Shown in pieces: positions 41,301-52,390 of a DNA stretch of 64,000 bases. How positions within the stretch are numbered: the stretch's first letter is position 1; each line of letters starts with the position of its first letter. Position numbers and translations under genes: made by a program. The DNA is from Mobula hypostoma (taxonomy: Eukaryota). The stretch spans positions 88,972,001-89,036,000 of the forward strand of contig NC_086097.1 in the NCBI RefSeq assembly GCF_963921235.1, in the 5' to 3' direction. The notes below the pieces were generated by a model that saw nothing but the letters and a program-made list of their open reading frames with translations, searched no databases and had not been told where the DNA came from.

Positions 41301-41992
41301 ATAAAAAGGGCAATTTTACGATGGTTATGGGAATTGCAATATACAGATAGATTGGGATAATCAGGTTGGTGCTGGATCCCTAGAGGGGGAATTTGTAGAA
41401 TGCCTTTTGGAAGGTTTTATTTAGAGCAGCTTGTGGTTGAACCCACTAGGGATTTCTGGATTGAGTGTTGTGTAATGAACCAGATTTGATTTGGGAGCTT
41501 AAGGACCCATAGGAGACAGTGATCATAATATGATAGAATTCACACTGTAGTTTGAGAGAGAGAAGCTAAGATCAGATTCGTCAGTATTACATTGGAGAAA
41601 AAGGAATTACAAAGGCATGAGAGAGGAGCTGACCAAAGTTGATTAGACATAGCAGGGATGATGGTAGAACAGCAAATAGTTAGTGCTTCTCTGGGAAGCT
41701 CAGAAGGTGGTGGATAGATACATTCCAAAGATGAAGTAGTATTCTAAAGGGAGGATAAGGCAATCGTGGCTGACAAGGGAAGACAAAGGCAGCATGAAAA
41801 CAAAAGAGAGGGCATATAATACAGCAAAAATTAGTGTGAAGTTAGTAGATTGGGAAGCTTTTAAAAACCAACAAAATGCAACTAAAAAGCAATAAGGAGT
41901 GAAAAGGTGAAATATGAAGATAAGCTAGACAATAATATAAAAGAGGGTACAAAATATTTGTTAAGATATATATGAAGAGTAAAAGGTGAGAG

Positions 41993-42186
41993 TGTGGTGA
42001 CCCACTTTCTGACACCCACGAACCGGCTCACGAAACAGCGCGCGCAGGCAGAGGGCCGGCAGCAAAAAGGGCGGGAACGGGAAGGCTTTAAAGGGGCCGC
42101 AAAGTTTGAATAAACCTCTTTCATCGCAACTCCAACTCACCGACTCCGTGTGGTTATTCTAGCGCTGTGTGTAGCACATCGCTACA
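41993..42186 (+). repeat. 5' LTR (194 bp)
   Basis: tgtggtgaccc...catcgctaca; contains tttaaa and aataaa; directly repeated at 45979-46159. Confidence 0.96.
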
Positions 42187-42188
42187 AT

Positions 42189-42202
42189 TGGTGACCCCGA
42201 CG
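42189..42202 (+). promoter_or_regulatory. Primer-binding site complementary to the tRNA-Trp 3' end
   Basis: TGGTGACCCCGACG, 2 nt after the 5' LTR, is the reverse complement of the vertebrate tRNA-Trp end ...CGTCGGGGTCACCA. Confidence 0.88.
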
Positions 42203-42226
42203 GCCCAAACGATATTTGGACCAGAG

Positions 42227-42928
42227 ATGACCGACGCTGCATCTATTCACGCAGTTTCGTTAGAACTGCCGGGCTTCTGGACGCTGCGACACCATTTATG
42301 GTTCGAACAAGCAGAAGCACAATTCCACATTCGGCAGATAACCTCGGAGTCCACTCGCTACTATTACGTGCTGAGCTCCCTCACCCAGGAGACTGCTGCA
42401 CAAGTTGAGGAGTTTATACAGTCGCCCCTGGAGGACGGCAAATACACAGCATTCAAAGCCCTGCTCATAAGGACTTTCGGACTCTCACGGCGCGAACGAG
42501 CACGCCGCTTAATGCACCTGGATGGTTTGGGAGACAGGCCGCCGTCAGCATTAATGAACGAGATGCTGGCCCTGGCTGAAGGACACAAACCCTGCCTCAT
42601 GTTTGAGCAGGCGTTCCTAGAGCAACTGCCCGAGGACATATGCCTGCTGCTGTTCGACGCAGATTTCAGCAACCCCCGAGAGGTGGCGGCCCGAGCAGAT
42701 GTGCTGTGGAATGCCAGGAAAGAGAGAGGGGCATCCGTTGCACAGATCACCAAGCCGCGTGCCCGACAGACCAGACCAGGCCCGGCAGCAGAGCCTACAA
42801 AACCCGGCGACGGGAGTGAGGAGCCCAACGAACAATGGTGTTTCTACCACCAGCGGTGGGGCACGGAGGCCCGCCGCTGCAGACCGCTCTGCAAATTCCC
42901 GGGAAACGCCAGGGCCAGCCGCCGCTGA
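42227..42928 (+). CDS. Gypsy Gag, intact ORF (233 aa)
   Basis: First ATG after the PBS; LELPGFW...WFEQAEAQF N-terminal motif; C-terminal Cys/His motif CFYHQRWGTEARRCRPLC. Confidence 0.9.
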   Translation: MTDAASIHAVSLELPGFWTLRHHLWFEQAEAQFHIRQITSESTRYYYVLSSLTQETAAQVEEFIQSPLEDGKYTAFKALLIRTFGLSRRERARRLMHLDGLGDRPPSALMNEMLALAEGHKPCLMFEQAFLEQLPEDICLLLFDADFSNPREVAARADVLWNARKERGASVAQITKPRARQTRPGPAAEPTKPGDGSEEPNEQWCFYHQRWGTEARRCRPLCKFPGNARASRR

Positions 42929-42951
42929 TGGCTACGGCGTCTGGCCATCAG
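42901..42951 (+). promoter_or_regulatory. -1 programmed ribosomal frameshift signal (G_GGA_AAC plus downstream stem-loop)
   Basis: X XXY YYZ heptamer in the gag frame; the -1 frame reads KRQGQPPLMAT...FLVDTGAEISV (protease); 42913-42924 pairs with 42935-42946. Confidence 0.8.
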
Positions 42952-45900
42952 GACAGCCTCCTGTACGTCTGGGACAAGCAGTCGGGACGCCGCTTTTTGG
43001 TCGACACCGGAGCGGAGATCAGCGTCTTACCTCTAACGAGTTACGACACCCGCAACAGAGAACCGGGACCCACCCTGAGGACCGCTAATGGCAGCACAAT
43101 ACGAACCTACGGCACCCGCACGGTGCGGCTACAGTTCAGCTCCAGCCGGTTCACGTGGGACTTCACACTGGCCAGCCGTGGCCCAACCACTGCTGGGGGC
43201 AGATTTTCTACGAGCCCACAGCCTGCTGGTCGACTTGCAAGGGAAGCGATTAGTCCACGCCAAGACTTTTCAAACGTCCTCCCTGGGTGAAGCACAGTTG
43301 CCAGCCCCACACCTGGACTCCATCACGCTGTCCGACGATGAATTCACCAGGGTCCTGGCGGATTTCCCATCAGTACTGACACCGCAGTTCACGGCAGCCA
43401 TGCCCAGACACGGAGTACAGCACCACATCCCGACCCAGGGACCACCCCTCCACGCCCGTGCTCGAAGGCTTCCCCCGGACAAGCTCCGACTGGCGAAGGA
43501 GGAGTTCAAGAAGATGGAGGAATTAGGGATCATACGACGGTCCGACAGCCCATGGGCCTCCCCCCTTCACATGGTGCCCAAGGCAACGGGGGGGCTGGAG
43601 ACCATGCGGTGACTACCGCAGACTGAACGAGGCTACAACGCCAGACGCTACCCTGTGCCGCACATTCAAGACTTCGCAGCAAACCTACACGGCGCAAGGA
43701 TCTTTTCCAAGGTAGACCTCGTCCGGGGATACCATCAAATCCCTGTACATCCGGACGACATCCCCAAAACAGCACTTATCACCCCGTTCGGACTTTTCGA
43801 ATTCCTCCGAATGCCGTTTGGTCTAAAGAATGCCGCACAGACTTTCCAGCGGCTAATGGACGCGAGCTGGACTTTGCATTCATCTATTTGGACGACATCC
43901 TCATAGCCAGCAGTAGTCGGCAGGAGCATCCACCTCCGCCAGCTCTACTCCCGCCTGAGTGAATTCGGCCTTACAATCAATCCAGCCAAATGCCAGTTCG
44001 GATTCGACACCATCGACTTCCTGGGCCACAGGATTACTAAAGACGGGGCAACCCCCCTGCCCGCCAAGGTAGACGCGGTCCGCCACTTCCGCCGACCCAA
44101 CACAATCAAAGGCTTGCAGGAATTCGTAGGTATGGTGAATTTCTACCACCGTTTCCTCCCCTCAGCAGCCCGAACCATGCGCCCCTTGTTCACTCTAATG
44201 TCGGGTAAGGGCAAGGACATTACCTGGAACGAAGAGGCCGCAACCGCTTTCGTTAAAACCAAAGAAGCCTTGGCAAACGCCGCGATGCTAGTGCACCCCA
44301 GAACGGACGTTCCTACTGCCCTCACGGTGGACGCATCCAACATAGCAGTCGGTGGAGTGCTGGAACAACTCATCGAGGGTCGCTGGCAATCCCTGGCGTT
44401 CTTCAGCAAACACCTACGACCACCCGAACTCAAATACAGTGCTTTCGACCGGGAGCTATTGGCACTATACCTGGCAATCCGGCATTTCAGGTACTTCTTA
44501 GAAGGTAGGCCCTTCACCGCGTTCACAGACCACAAACCGCTTACCTTTGCGTTCACTAAGGTGTCCGACCCCTGGTCGTCCCGCCAGCAGCAACATCTGT
44601 CCTACATCTCCGAGTACACGACGGACATCCGACATGTCTCTGGAAAGAACAATGTCGTGGCAGACGCACTTTCCAGACCTACCATACAGGCCCTGTCCCA
44701 GGGGGGGGACTATGCAGCGCTGGCAGAGGCACAGCAGGCAGACGCTGAGATCCCCAGTTACAGGACTGCAGTCTCCGGTTTACAGCTTCAAGACCTCCCC
44801 GTAGGCCCAGGTGAGAGGACCCTACTATGTGACGTAGCTACCGGCCAACCCCGCCCCGTCGTCCCAGCAGCCTGGCGCCGTGGGTGTTCGAATCCATTCA
44901 CAACTTAGCGCACCCCTCCATCAGGACAACTGTCCGGCTGGTCTCCAACAGGTTCGTGTGGCATGGACTTCGTAAACAGGTCAGTGAATGGGCCAAAACG
45001 TGTATGCAGTGCCAAACGGCCAAGGTGCAGCGGCACACCAAGGCTCCACCGCAGCAGTTCGAACCCACCCGCCGGAGGTTCGACCACATCCATGTGGATA
45101 TCGTGGGGCCCCTGCCAGTGTCACGAGGAGCACGGTACCTCCTAACTATGATAGACCGGTTCACCAGATGGCCAGAGGCAGTCCCGCTCAGCGACACCAC
45201 CTCCGAATCCTGCGCCCGAGCACTGATCGCAACCTGGGTAACCCGCTTCGGGGTATCGGCCCACATTACCTCCGACAGGGGCGCCCAGTTCACCTCCAGC
45301 CTGTGGTCAGCTATGGCCAGACTTTTAGGAACACAGCTACACCACACAACTGCCTACCACCCACAGTCGAACGGACTAGTGGAGCGCTTCCACCGTCACC
45401 TGAAATCGGCTCTCATGGCCCGCCTGGAGGGGCCTAACTGGGTGGACGAACTCCCCTGGGTCCTGCTCGGAATCCGCACGGCGCCTAAAGAGGATCTACA
45501 CACCTCGTCGGCCGAGTTGGTGTACAGCGCGCCCCTGGTCGTCCCAGGAGAGTTCATACCAGCCCCAAGGGGGCAAGAGGAAGAACCCACAGCAGTCCTG
45601 GACAGACTACGGGAGAGGCTCGGTAACCTGGCCCCCATACCCACTTCACAGCACAGACAGAGCCCGACCTGCGTACCCAAAGACCGGCAGAACTGTAAGT
45701 TTCTTTTTGTACGACGGGGCGGGCACCGGGCACCGCGACAGCGGCGCTACGAGGGGCCGTTTAAGGTGATCAGCAACAACGGGTCCACGTTCGTGCTGGA
45801 TATTGGGGGGAGAGAGGAGGTTTTCACGGTGGACCGACTCAAACCGGCCCATGTGGACTTGGCGCAACCGGTCCAGGCTCAGGCACCGCGGCGCGGCGCA
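42901..45900 (+). pseudogene. Gypsy pol (protease, RT, RNase H, integrase), broken by several frameshifts and small deletions
   Basis: FLVDTGAE (PR); [23 protein letters not shown] and [10 protein letters not shown] (RT); LTVDAS...DRELLA...TDHKPL (RH); HHCC, DDE and GPF motifs (IN), spread over different frames. Confidence 0.93.
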
Positions 45901-45965
45901 GAGGCAGACCTCCCAAACAGAGGCCGATCCAGACTGTGGACATTGGGGGAGGTATCGCCGGTTCT

Positions 45966-45975
45966 GGGGGGGGGG
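45966..45975 (+). promoter_or_regulatory. Polypurine tract (G10)
   Basis: G-run ending 3 nt before the 3' LTR. Confidence 0.85.
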
Positions 45976-45978
45976 TTA

Positions 45979-46159
45979 TGTGGTGACCCACGAACCGGCT
46001 CACAAAACAGCGCGCGCAGGCAGAGGGCGGGCAGCAAAAAGGGCGGGAACGGGAAGGCTTTAAAGCGGGCCGCGAAGTTTGAATAAACCTCTTTCATCGC
46101 AACTCCAACTCACCGACTCCGTGTGGTTATCCTAGCGCTGTGTGTAGCACATCGCTACA
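45979..46159 (+). repeat. 3' LTR (181 bp)
   Basis: Differs from the 5' LTR by 4 substitutions, a 1-bp indel and a 14-bp indel. Confidence 0.96.
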
Positions 46160-47325
46160 AGAGTGGATATAGGACCAGTGGAAAATGAATGGGAGAGTTA
46201 GTAAAGAGGGACAAAGAAATGGTAGACAAATGGTAAGTATTTAGCATCACTCTTCACTGTAGAAGACACAAGAAGAATGCTACAAATTCGAGTGTCAGGA
46301 CAGAAATGAGTGTAGTTGCTAAGGAGAAGCTGAAAGATCTAAAGGTGGATAAATCACCTGGACCAGAGGGACCACACCCCAGGATTCTGAAAGGGGTGGC
46401 TGAAGAGATTGTGGAGGCATTAGTAATGATCTTTTAAGAATTACTACATTCTGGAATAGTTCCAGAGGACTAGAAAATTGTAAATGTTGCTCCTTTCTTT
46501 AAGAAGAGATGGGGGGCAAAAGAAGGGAAATTGTAGGCCAGTTATCCTGACTTTATTGGTTGGGAAGATGTTGGGAGTCCATTATTAAGGATAACGTTTT
46601 GGAGTACTTGGAGGCACATGATAAAATAGGCTGAAGTCAGCATAGTTTCCTTAGGGGAAATCTTACCTGACAATTCTTTGAAGAAATAACAGGCAGGAGA
46701 GACAAAGGAGTGTCAGTGGATGTTGTTTACTTGAATTTTCAGAAGGCCTTTGACAAGATGTCATGTATGAAATTGCTTAATAAGATAGGAATGATACAAG
46801 CATGGGTAGAGGATTGGCTAACTAGTAGAAGGCAAAGAAAGTTGATAAAGGGGGCCTTTTCATGTAGGCTGCCGGTGACTAGTGGTGTTCCACAGGTGTC
46901 TGTGTTGGGACCGCTTCTTTTTACGTTATATGTCAATGATTTGGATTGATGGCTTTGTGGCCAAGTTTACAGATGATTCGAAGATAGATGGAGGGGCAGG
47001 TAGTGAAGAGGAAGCAGGGAGGTTGCAGAAGGGCTTAGACAGGTTAGGAGAATGGGCAAAGAAGTGGCAAATGGAATGTTGGGGTCTGTATGACCATGCA
47101 CAGGGCAAAAAAGTGTAGACTTTTCTCAATGGGGAGAGAATTCAGAAATCAGAGGTGCAAAGGGACTTGAGAGCCCTAAAGGTTAACTTGGTAAGGAAAT
47201 AATTAGGTGGTAAGGAAGGCAAATGCGATAGGAGCATTAATTTTGAGAGTACTGGAATATAAAAGCAAGAATGTAATGCTGAGGCTTTATAAGGTATTGG
47301 TGAGACCACACTTGGAGAATTGTGA

Positions 47326-47496
47326 GTAACACACACAAAATGAGTAGACCAGGCAGCATCTATGGAAAAAAAGTACAGATGACACTTTAGGCCAAAATGT
47401 AGACTGTACTCTTTTCCATAGATGCTAACTGGCTGCTGAATTCTTCCAGCATTTTGTGTGTTACTCAGATTTCCAGTATCTGCAGATTTTCTCTTG
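47326..47496. repeat. Inverted pair of Penelope-like termini inserted in CR1
   Basis: aacacacacaaaatg...gcatctatggaaaaaaagtacag is mirrored by ctgtactcttttccatagatgc...cattttgtgtgtt; ttgtga on both flanks; hammerhead CTGANGA segment absent. Confidence 0.75.
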
Positions 47497-49746
47497 TTGT
47501 GAATTGGAGTAGTCTGAGTAGTTTTGAGCCCCTTTTTTTTTAAGAAAAGATGTGCTAGCATTGGAAAGGGTCAACAGCAGATTCACAAAATTGATTCCAA
47601 GCATGAAAGGTTTAATGCACGAGAAGCATTTGATGGCTCAGGGCCTGTACTTACTGGAGTTTCGAAAAAGGAGGGGGCGATCTCATTGAAATCTGTCGAT
47701 TATTGAAAGGCCAAGATAGAGTAGATGTAGAAAGGATGTTTCCTATAGTGGGCGAGTCTAAGACCAGAAGACACAGGCTCAAAATAGAGGGATGTCCATT
47801 TAGAAGAGCAATTAGGACAAATTTCATTCACCAGAGGGTGGTGATTCTGTTGAATTCATTGCTACCACATATGGCTGTGGAGGCCAAGTCAATGGATATA
47901 TTTAAAGCAGAGGCTGATTAGTAAATGTGTTATAGGTTATGGGGAGAAGTCAGGAAAATAGGGTTGAGAGGGATAATAAATCAACCCTGATGGAATAGCA
48001 AAGCATACTCAATGGGCTGAATGGCCTAATTTTGCTCCTACATCCTATGGCCTCCACACAGTCCCATCATCTCAGGTTCTACCACCTGTCAACAATAAGG
48101 GTGCTGGGTCCAACCATTCTATACCTGTGTATACATTCCACTTGAGCAACCTCCCACTACAGTCCTTTCTGATTACCATCTTTGTTCGCCTTCATTGCCA
48201 CTTCTTCCAAATCTCTGTTATTTTCACAATATGGAAAACAAAACTGTGCATGTGAGATTCCACATAAACAGAAAGTCCTTATTTTTCGTTTCTGAATCTC
48301 TGTTCTGCAACCCTGTCTTGTTATTTCTCAATGTTTGTGAAACTGTACATCATATCTAATTCCATTCTGTGGATGCAGGGAAGCTGTTAATGTTCATTAC
48401 TAAAAGTGCTTTTTTTGGACATTCTGGAATTGTGAAGCCAGAAGATATTTGGGGACATTACTCTGGACCTCTCAGGTGTGAGCCTTCGAGAGAGAGTTTG
48501 TGTGGCTAACTTGACGACGTCCGGCCACAGTGGTGAAGCAATCACGGGATAATAATTGGAAGGGACACTAACTCCTGATTTCCCCCTGCGCCCCCCCCAA
48601 GACTAGGGGCCGCTTACTATTCCACCCTGAATAGCTAACCTAATTTCAAACTCAGTCTGCGTGTCATCATGCCTTTTACACACATTTTGGAGACATTAAA
48701 CAACTGTTCAAAAGTCAAACATTAGCTCTGCAGCTGAACTGTTGAACACAACCACGCTTGGACATAGCTTGAGAGCAGTGACATCCTACAGAAGAACCAC
48801 ACCTGAGACGACATCACTGGCCGTACTGTGTGTGGCAGTTCATAATTACTATGCGAGCATGGGTGAAAATGTGTTTGAATCCTGATTGGAATATGAGAAT
48901 TTGGCCTTCTGTGTAAGGAACAACTGCTAAAGCCAAGTCAATCCTGACAGGTGAACTCTGGTACCATACATCAAAAGCCAAGGGTGAAACTGAGATACCT
49001 ACCCTGCCCTAAGTGATGGTATATGCAACGTACCAGTTCAACCACCATCCCAAGTTGAATCAGCAGCCGTTGTTCAGTTCTTCAGCCAACTAGCTGGCCT
49101 ACCACCTCCAAGAGCAACTCTTTAGCCATTCTCTTGGGGTGAGGTGTTCAGGAATAGCACACTGAGGGAAGGGATGTGCTGTGACCTTGCTAAATGGTGA
49201 AATAAATCCAAAAGGCAGATGGACCACTACTCCTATTTCTTACTCTGATCTATAGTGCAATCTCCATTCTTATGAAGTCAGCTTGTCTGCCTCCATTTAC
49301 CAGACGTCCCTCCTGTACCTTTTGTGTTTCAGCATCGTAAATGATGAAAGACCTTGCGTTCCATCACACTTTTTTTTTATAATTCCAAGATGACCTGAAG
49401 TATTAACAACCACTGAAGCATAGTCACGGTGTAATGTTTGAAGGGCAACCAATCCCTGCACAGCAAGCTCCCACAAACAGCAATGTGTTAGACATTGTGC
49501 GATCCCCCCTATGCTTCCTCGAAGGGTGCCCCGGGATAGCTGCATCCACCTGCATTCAACATGTTATCCAATGGCGAGCGTGGCCTCTAATTCTGACACG
49601 CTGTCTCACCATTATCAGCCTGATCCATGGGCTGGATTTCCTGGAACGGCTGGGTTGTGCCTACATTTTGAAAGGCGCTGAAGATCAAACGGGCTGAGGT
49701 ACAGTTTACTTAACTAGCCAACACAAGTTACACCTAAACATCATTG

Positions 49747-49752
49747 TTTATT
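49747..49752 (-). terminator. Candidate polyadenylation signal (AATAAA) of the PPP1R14-family gene
   Basis: tttatt on the + strand, about 250 nt past the stop codon, after an A/T-rich 3' UTR segment. Confidence 0.55.
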
Positions 49753-49999
49753 AACACTTTAACAAAAAAAGTCATAAATAGCCACAAACATATTTTGCTT
49801 GTTTTCTGTTTTTTTTTACAAATGTGTGGGTTTCGACCCCCAACCTGGCATGCTTCAGAGATTTCAGTCCGGTGACTGGTCTTTCTTCTTTGACCAATAA
49901 AAGGGTGTCATTTACATGAACAGATCAGAGCGGGGTTCACCTGACCTCGCAGTCAATTCCATCATAGAGACTCTGTTCCGCTGGGAGTTGACCTCAGTG

Positions 50000-50068
50000 T
50001 CACTTCTTCTGGGAGACTGTCATTTTCCGAAGACCCTTTATTCTAATGAGCAGCTCATTGATAAAATC
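50000..50068 (-). CDS. PPP1R14 (CPI-17/PHI-1/KEPI family) last coding exon: DFINELLIRIKGLRKMTVSQKK*
   Basis: Long polypyrimidine tract tttctctttctcccttctttggtccag|; resembles PPP1R14C EFIKELLSRIRGMRKLSPPQKK and PPP1R14B AFISGLLDKIRGMQKLSTPQKK. Paralog identity uncertain. Confidence 0.9.
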   Translation of the reverse strand, partial: DFINELLIRIKGLRKMTVSQKK

Positions 50069-50428
50069 CTGGACCAAAGAAGGGAGAAAGAGAAAAGGAA
50101 TCAGCTTCTGCTCTCCTGCAACATTGTGTGGGCAATAGTCTGAGGAAACTAGGGATACGAGTGTGAGGGAGATATCACGGGTGTAACCTGGCATATTAAA
50201 CAGACTTGATAAATGGACTTCAATTTTCTTGGTAAATTTGAATTTTGTTAAAGACCCCACTAGAAAGTAAACCTTTGCTTAACATAACTGCAGCACTTAC
50301 AACCAGAGGGTGTGGCCTAAGCCCGGGAACAAATAAACTCTGAAAGTAGAATCCTTGAAGCTGACACAAGGAATTCTGCAGATGCCGGAAATTCAAGGAA
50401 CACACATCAAAGTTGCTGGTGAACGCAG

Positions 50429-50466
50429 CAGTCCTGACGAAGGGTCCCGGCCCGAAATGTCGACTG
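50429..50466 (+). ncRNA. Minimal type-I hammerhead ribozyme motif with intact core (Penelope-associated)
   Basis: CAGTC-CTGACGA-A-GGGTCCCGGCCC-GAAAT-GTC^-GACTG; 5-bp stem I; C15.2 changed to U (U.G wobble); predicted cleavage after 50461. Confidence 0.75.
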
Positions 50467-51565
50467 TACCTCTTCCTAGAGTTGCTGCCTGGCTTGCTGT
50501 GTTCACCAGCAACTTTGATGTGTGTTCCTCGAAGCTGAGTTCATTGATCAGTGTTGAAGTGAGTGAAGTTATCCATGCTGGTTCAGGAGCCTGATGGTTG
50601 AAGAGTAATTAACTTTCCCTGAACCTTTAATAACTTTTCCTGGTGGTGTGAGACCTAGGGCTCCTGTATCCCCTTCCCAATGGCCTGGTAGGTGGGAACC
50701 TTGATAATGGATGCTACAGTCTTGCAGCACTCCTTGTATTTATGCAATTTATATTTGCATTCATTTGCAAGATACATATATGCATTAGATTTTTGTTGCT
50801 GAATGAATTTCTGGAGATGATTACTTTGCATTTTAACATGTGATGATAGGTTATATCTTGTGCCAGTCTGGATTTTCCACTGGATGGATTATAGGTGTTA
50901 AAACCTATTCCAACATTTGAATTTAGAGCAGGGAAACAGGCCACTGGCTTCAGTATGCCCTTGCTCTTGTAGACTTAAACTCATTCATTTTTCCTCATAT
51001 TCCTGTAGCCTCCCCTTAAAAGGGAAGTGCGATCCACTTCAATTTGTGAGAGTGAATTCGAACATACTTTGGATAAATACATTTCTCCTGGATTGTTATT
51101 GCTTTCTCCCATTATCATTCTGGCATGGATCTGGATTCCTGTGCCACAGAAACCTCTAATGAAGTCATAGATACAACAGAGCAAAAGGCTGTTCAGCCCA
51201 TCAGGTCTGCACTGACTGTCAACTACCAACTTGCACTGATCCTACCTCTCCAGTCACGCATCAAGATATACCACGCACCTTCACCTTTGGCCATTCTCTG
51301 TGGCCAATTGACCTACTATCCTGCTTTGTACCTTCTATATTTTAAATGTCTTCATTAGATTACCCCAAATACTGCACCCTTCCCCCTCCCTTTTAGGGAT
51401 GTTCCCAGGCCTCCTGCTGTTCCACCAACCCTACCTGCTCCATTGAAGGATCATTTGAACCACGTACACTGCCATTAAGCCCTTTCTGTGTAACACAGTG
51501 CAGGCTTCATTGTTCTCCATGTGGAGTTTGCACAAGGACAGCTTCTATCCCGAGTGTTACACGGT

Positions 51566-52076
51566 AGTCTTAGGCACATTTATATGGCCAGAGTGCCTAA
51601 GACTTTTGCACAGTATTGTATTTGTTGATGTGGAGCGAAGGGCGAGTTTGTAAATCTGGCAGGAGCAAAGGAGTGTTGGGAATGGAGAGGGTGGAGTGCT
51701 GCGGGAGGATTTGTGGGACAGGTGGCAGTGAAGGAGTGCCCGGGCAGAGGGTGTGGCATGGATGCAGACACACCCAGTCCTGAGACACCAGGCAAGGTCA
51801 TTTGATTCTGCACAATTGGTTTATTGATCATTACTAGTGCTTTCCACTCCTTCCCCTCTCGCTTCCCCTTTTCTCAAATAATTTCCCTCTCCCTGCCCCC
51901 TTCGCACTCTCAGTCCAAAATAGAGGCCCATGTCAGAATCAGGTTTATCATCACTCACATATGTCATGAAATTTGTTTTTTTTTTGTGGCAGCGGTACAG
52001 TGCAATACGTAAAATTATGACAGTATTGTGCAAAAGTCTTAGGTACCCTATGTGACTAAGACTTTTGCACAATATT
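51566..52076. mobile_element. Composite repeat bounded by two Tc1-like mini-hairpins
   Basis: agtcttaggcac...gtgcctaagacttttgcacagtattgta and cagtattgtgcaaaagtcttag...ctaagacttttgcacaata. Confidence 0.6.
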
Positions 52077-52169
52077 ATATTCCATTCGAACAAAACTTTC
52101 ATACATCAAAAGGTGAACTCTTGATCTCCCAGTCTACTTTGTCATGTCCCTTGCACTTTGCCGATTACT

Positions 52170-52390
52170 CAATAACATTCTCCCTGTGAGTGGGTGAGTT
52201 TCTGCAGAGCTCCACCTTCCTCCCACATCCAAAGATGTGCAGGATGGTTGACCCTTGGTGTGTCAATGAGTGATCGAATCTGGGAGAATCGATGGGAATG
52301 TGGCAAGAATAGACAGGGATAAACATATATGGGTGCCTGATGGCCAGTGTATATTTAATGGGCCGAAGGAAGGGGCTGTTTCTGTGCTAA
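52170..52390 (+). mobile_element. V-SINE fragment
   Basis: cattctccctgtgagtgggtgagtttctgcagagctccaccttcctcccacatccaaagatgtgc V-domain; tail gggccgaagg...ctgtttctgtgct. Confidence 0.65.

Larger units (their letters stand above)
41993..46159 (+). mobile_element. Full-length Ty3/Gypsy LTR retrotransposon (pol disrupted)
   Basis: TG...CA LTRs, 4-bp TSD AGAG (41989-41992 and 46160-46163), PBS, PPT, gag, and pol in PR-RT-RH-IN order. Confidence 0.97.
40910..48050 (+). mobile_element. Long decayed CR1 LINE ORF2 (endonuclease to 3' end) hosting the Gypsy element and a PLE hairpin
   Basis: Endonuclease-like start (aatgtatgcagtatatggaataagg); VDVVYLNFQKAFDKM, SGVPQVSVLGPLLF and KFTDDSK after the Gypsy insertion; many stops. 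Confidence 0.85.

Noticed and set aside
42364..45680. Long antisense ORFs within the Gypsy element
   Set aside because: Expected shadow ORFs of GC-rich coding sequence; no recognisable motifs.
45803..46097. ORFs after the integrase as env or accessory genes
   Set aside because: They run through the PPT and 3' LTR, with no signal peptide, transmembrane segment or chromodomain.
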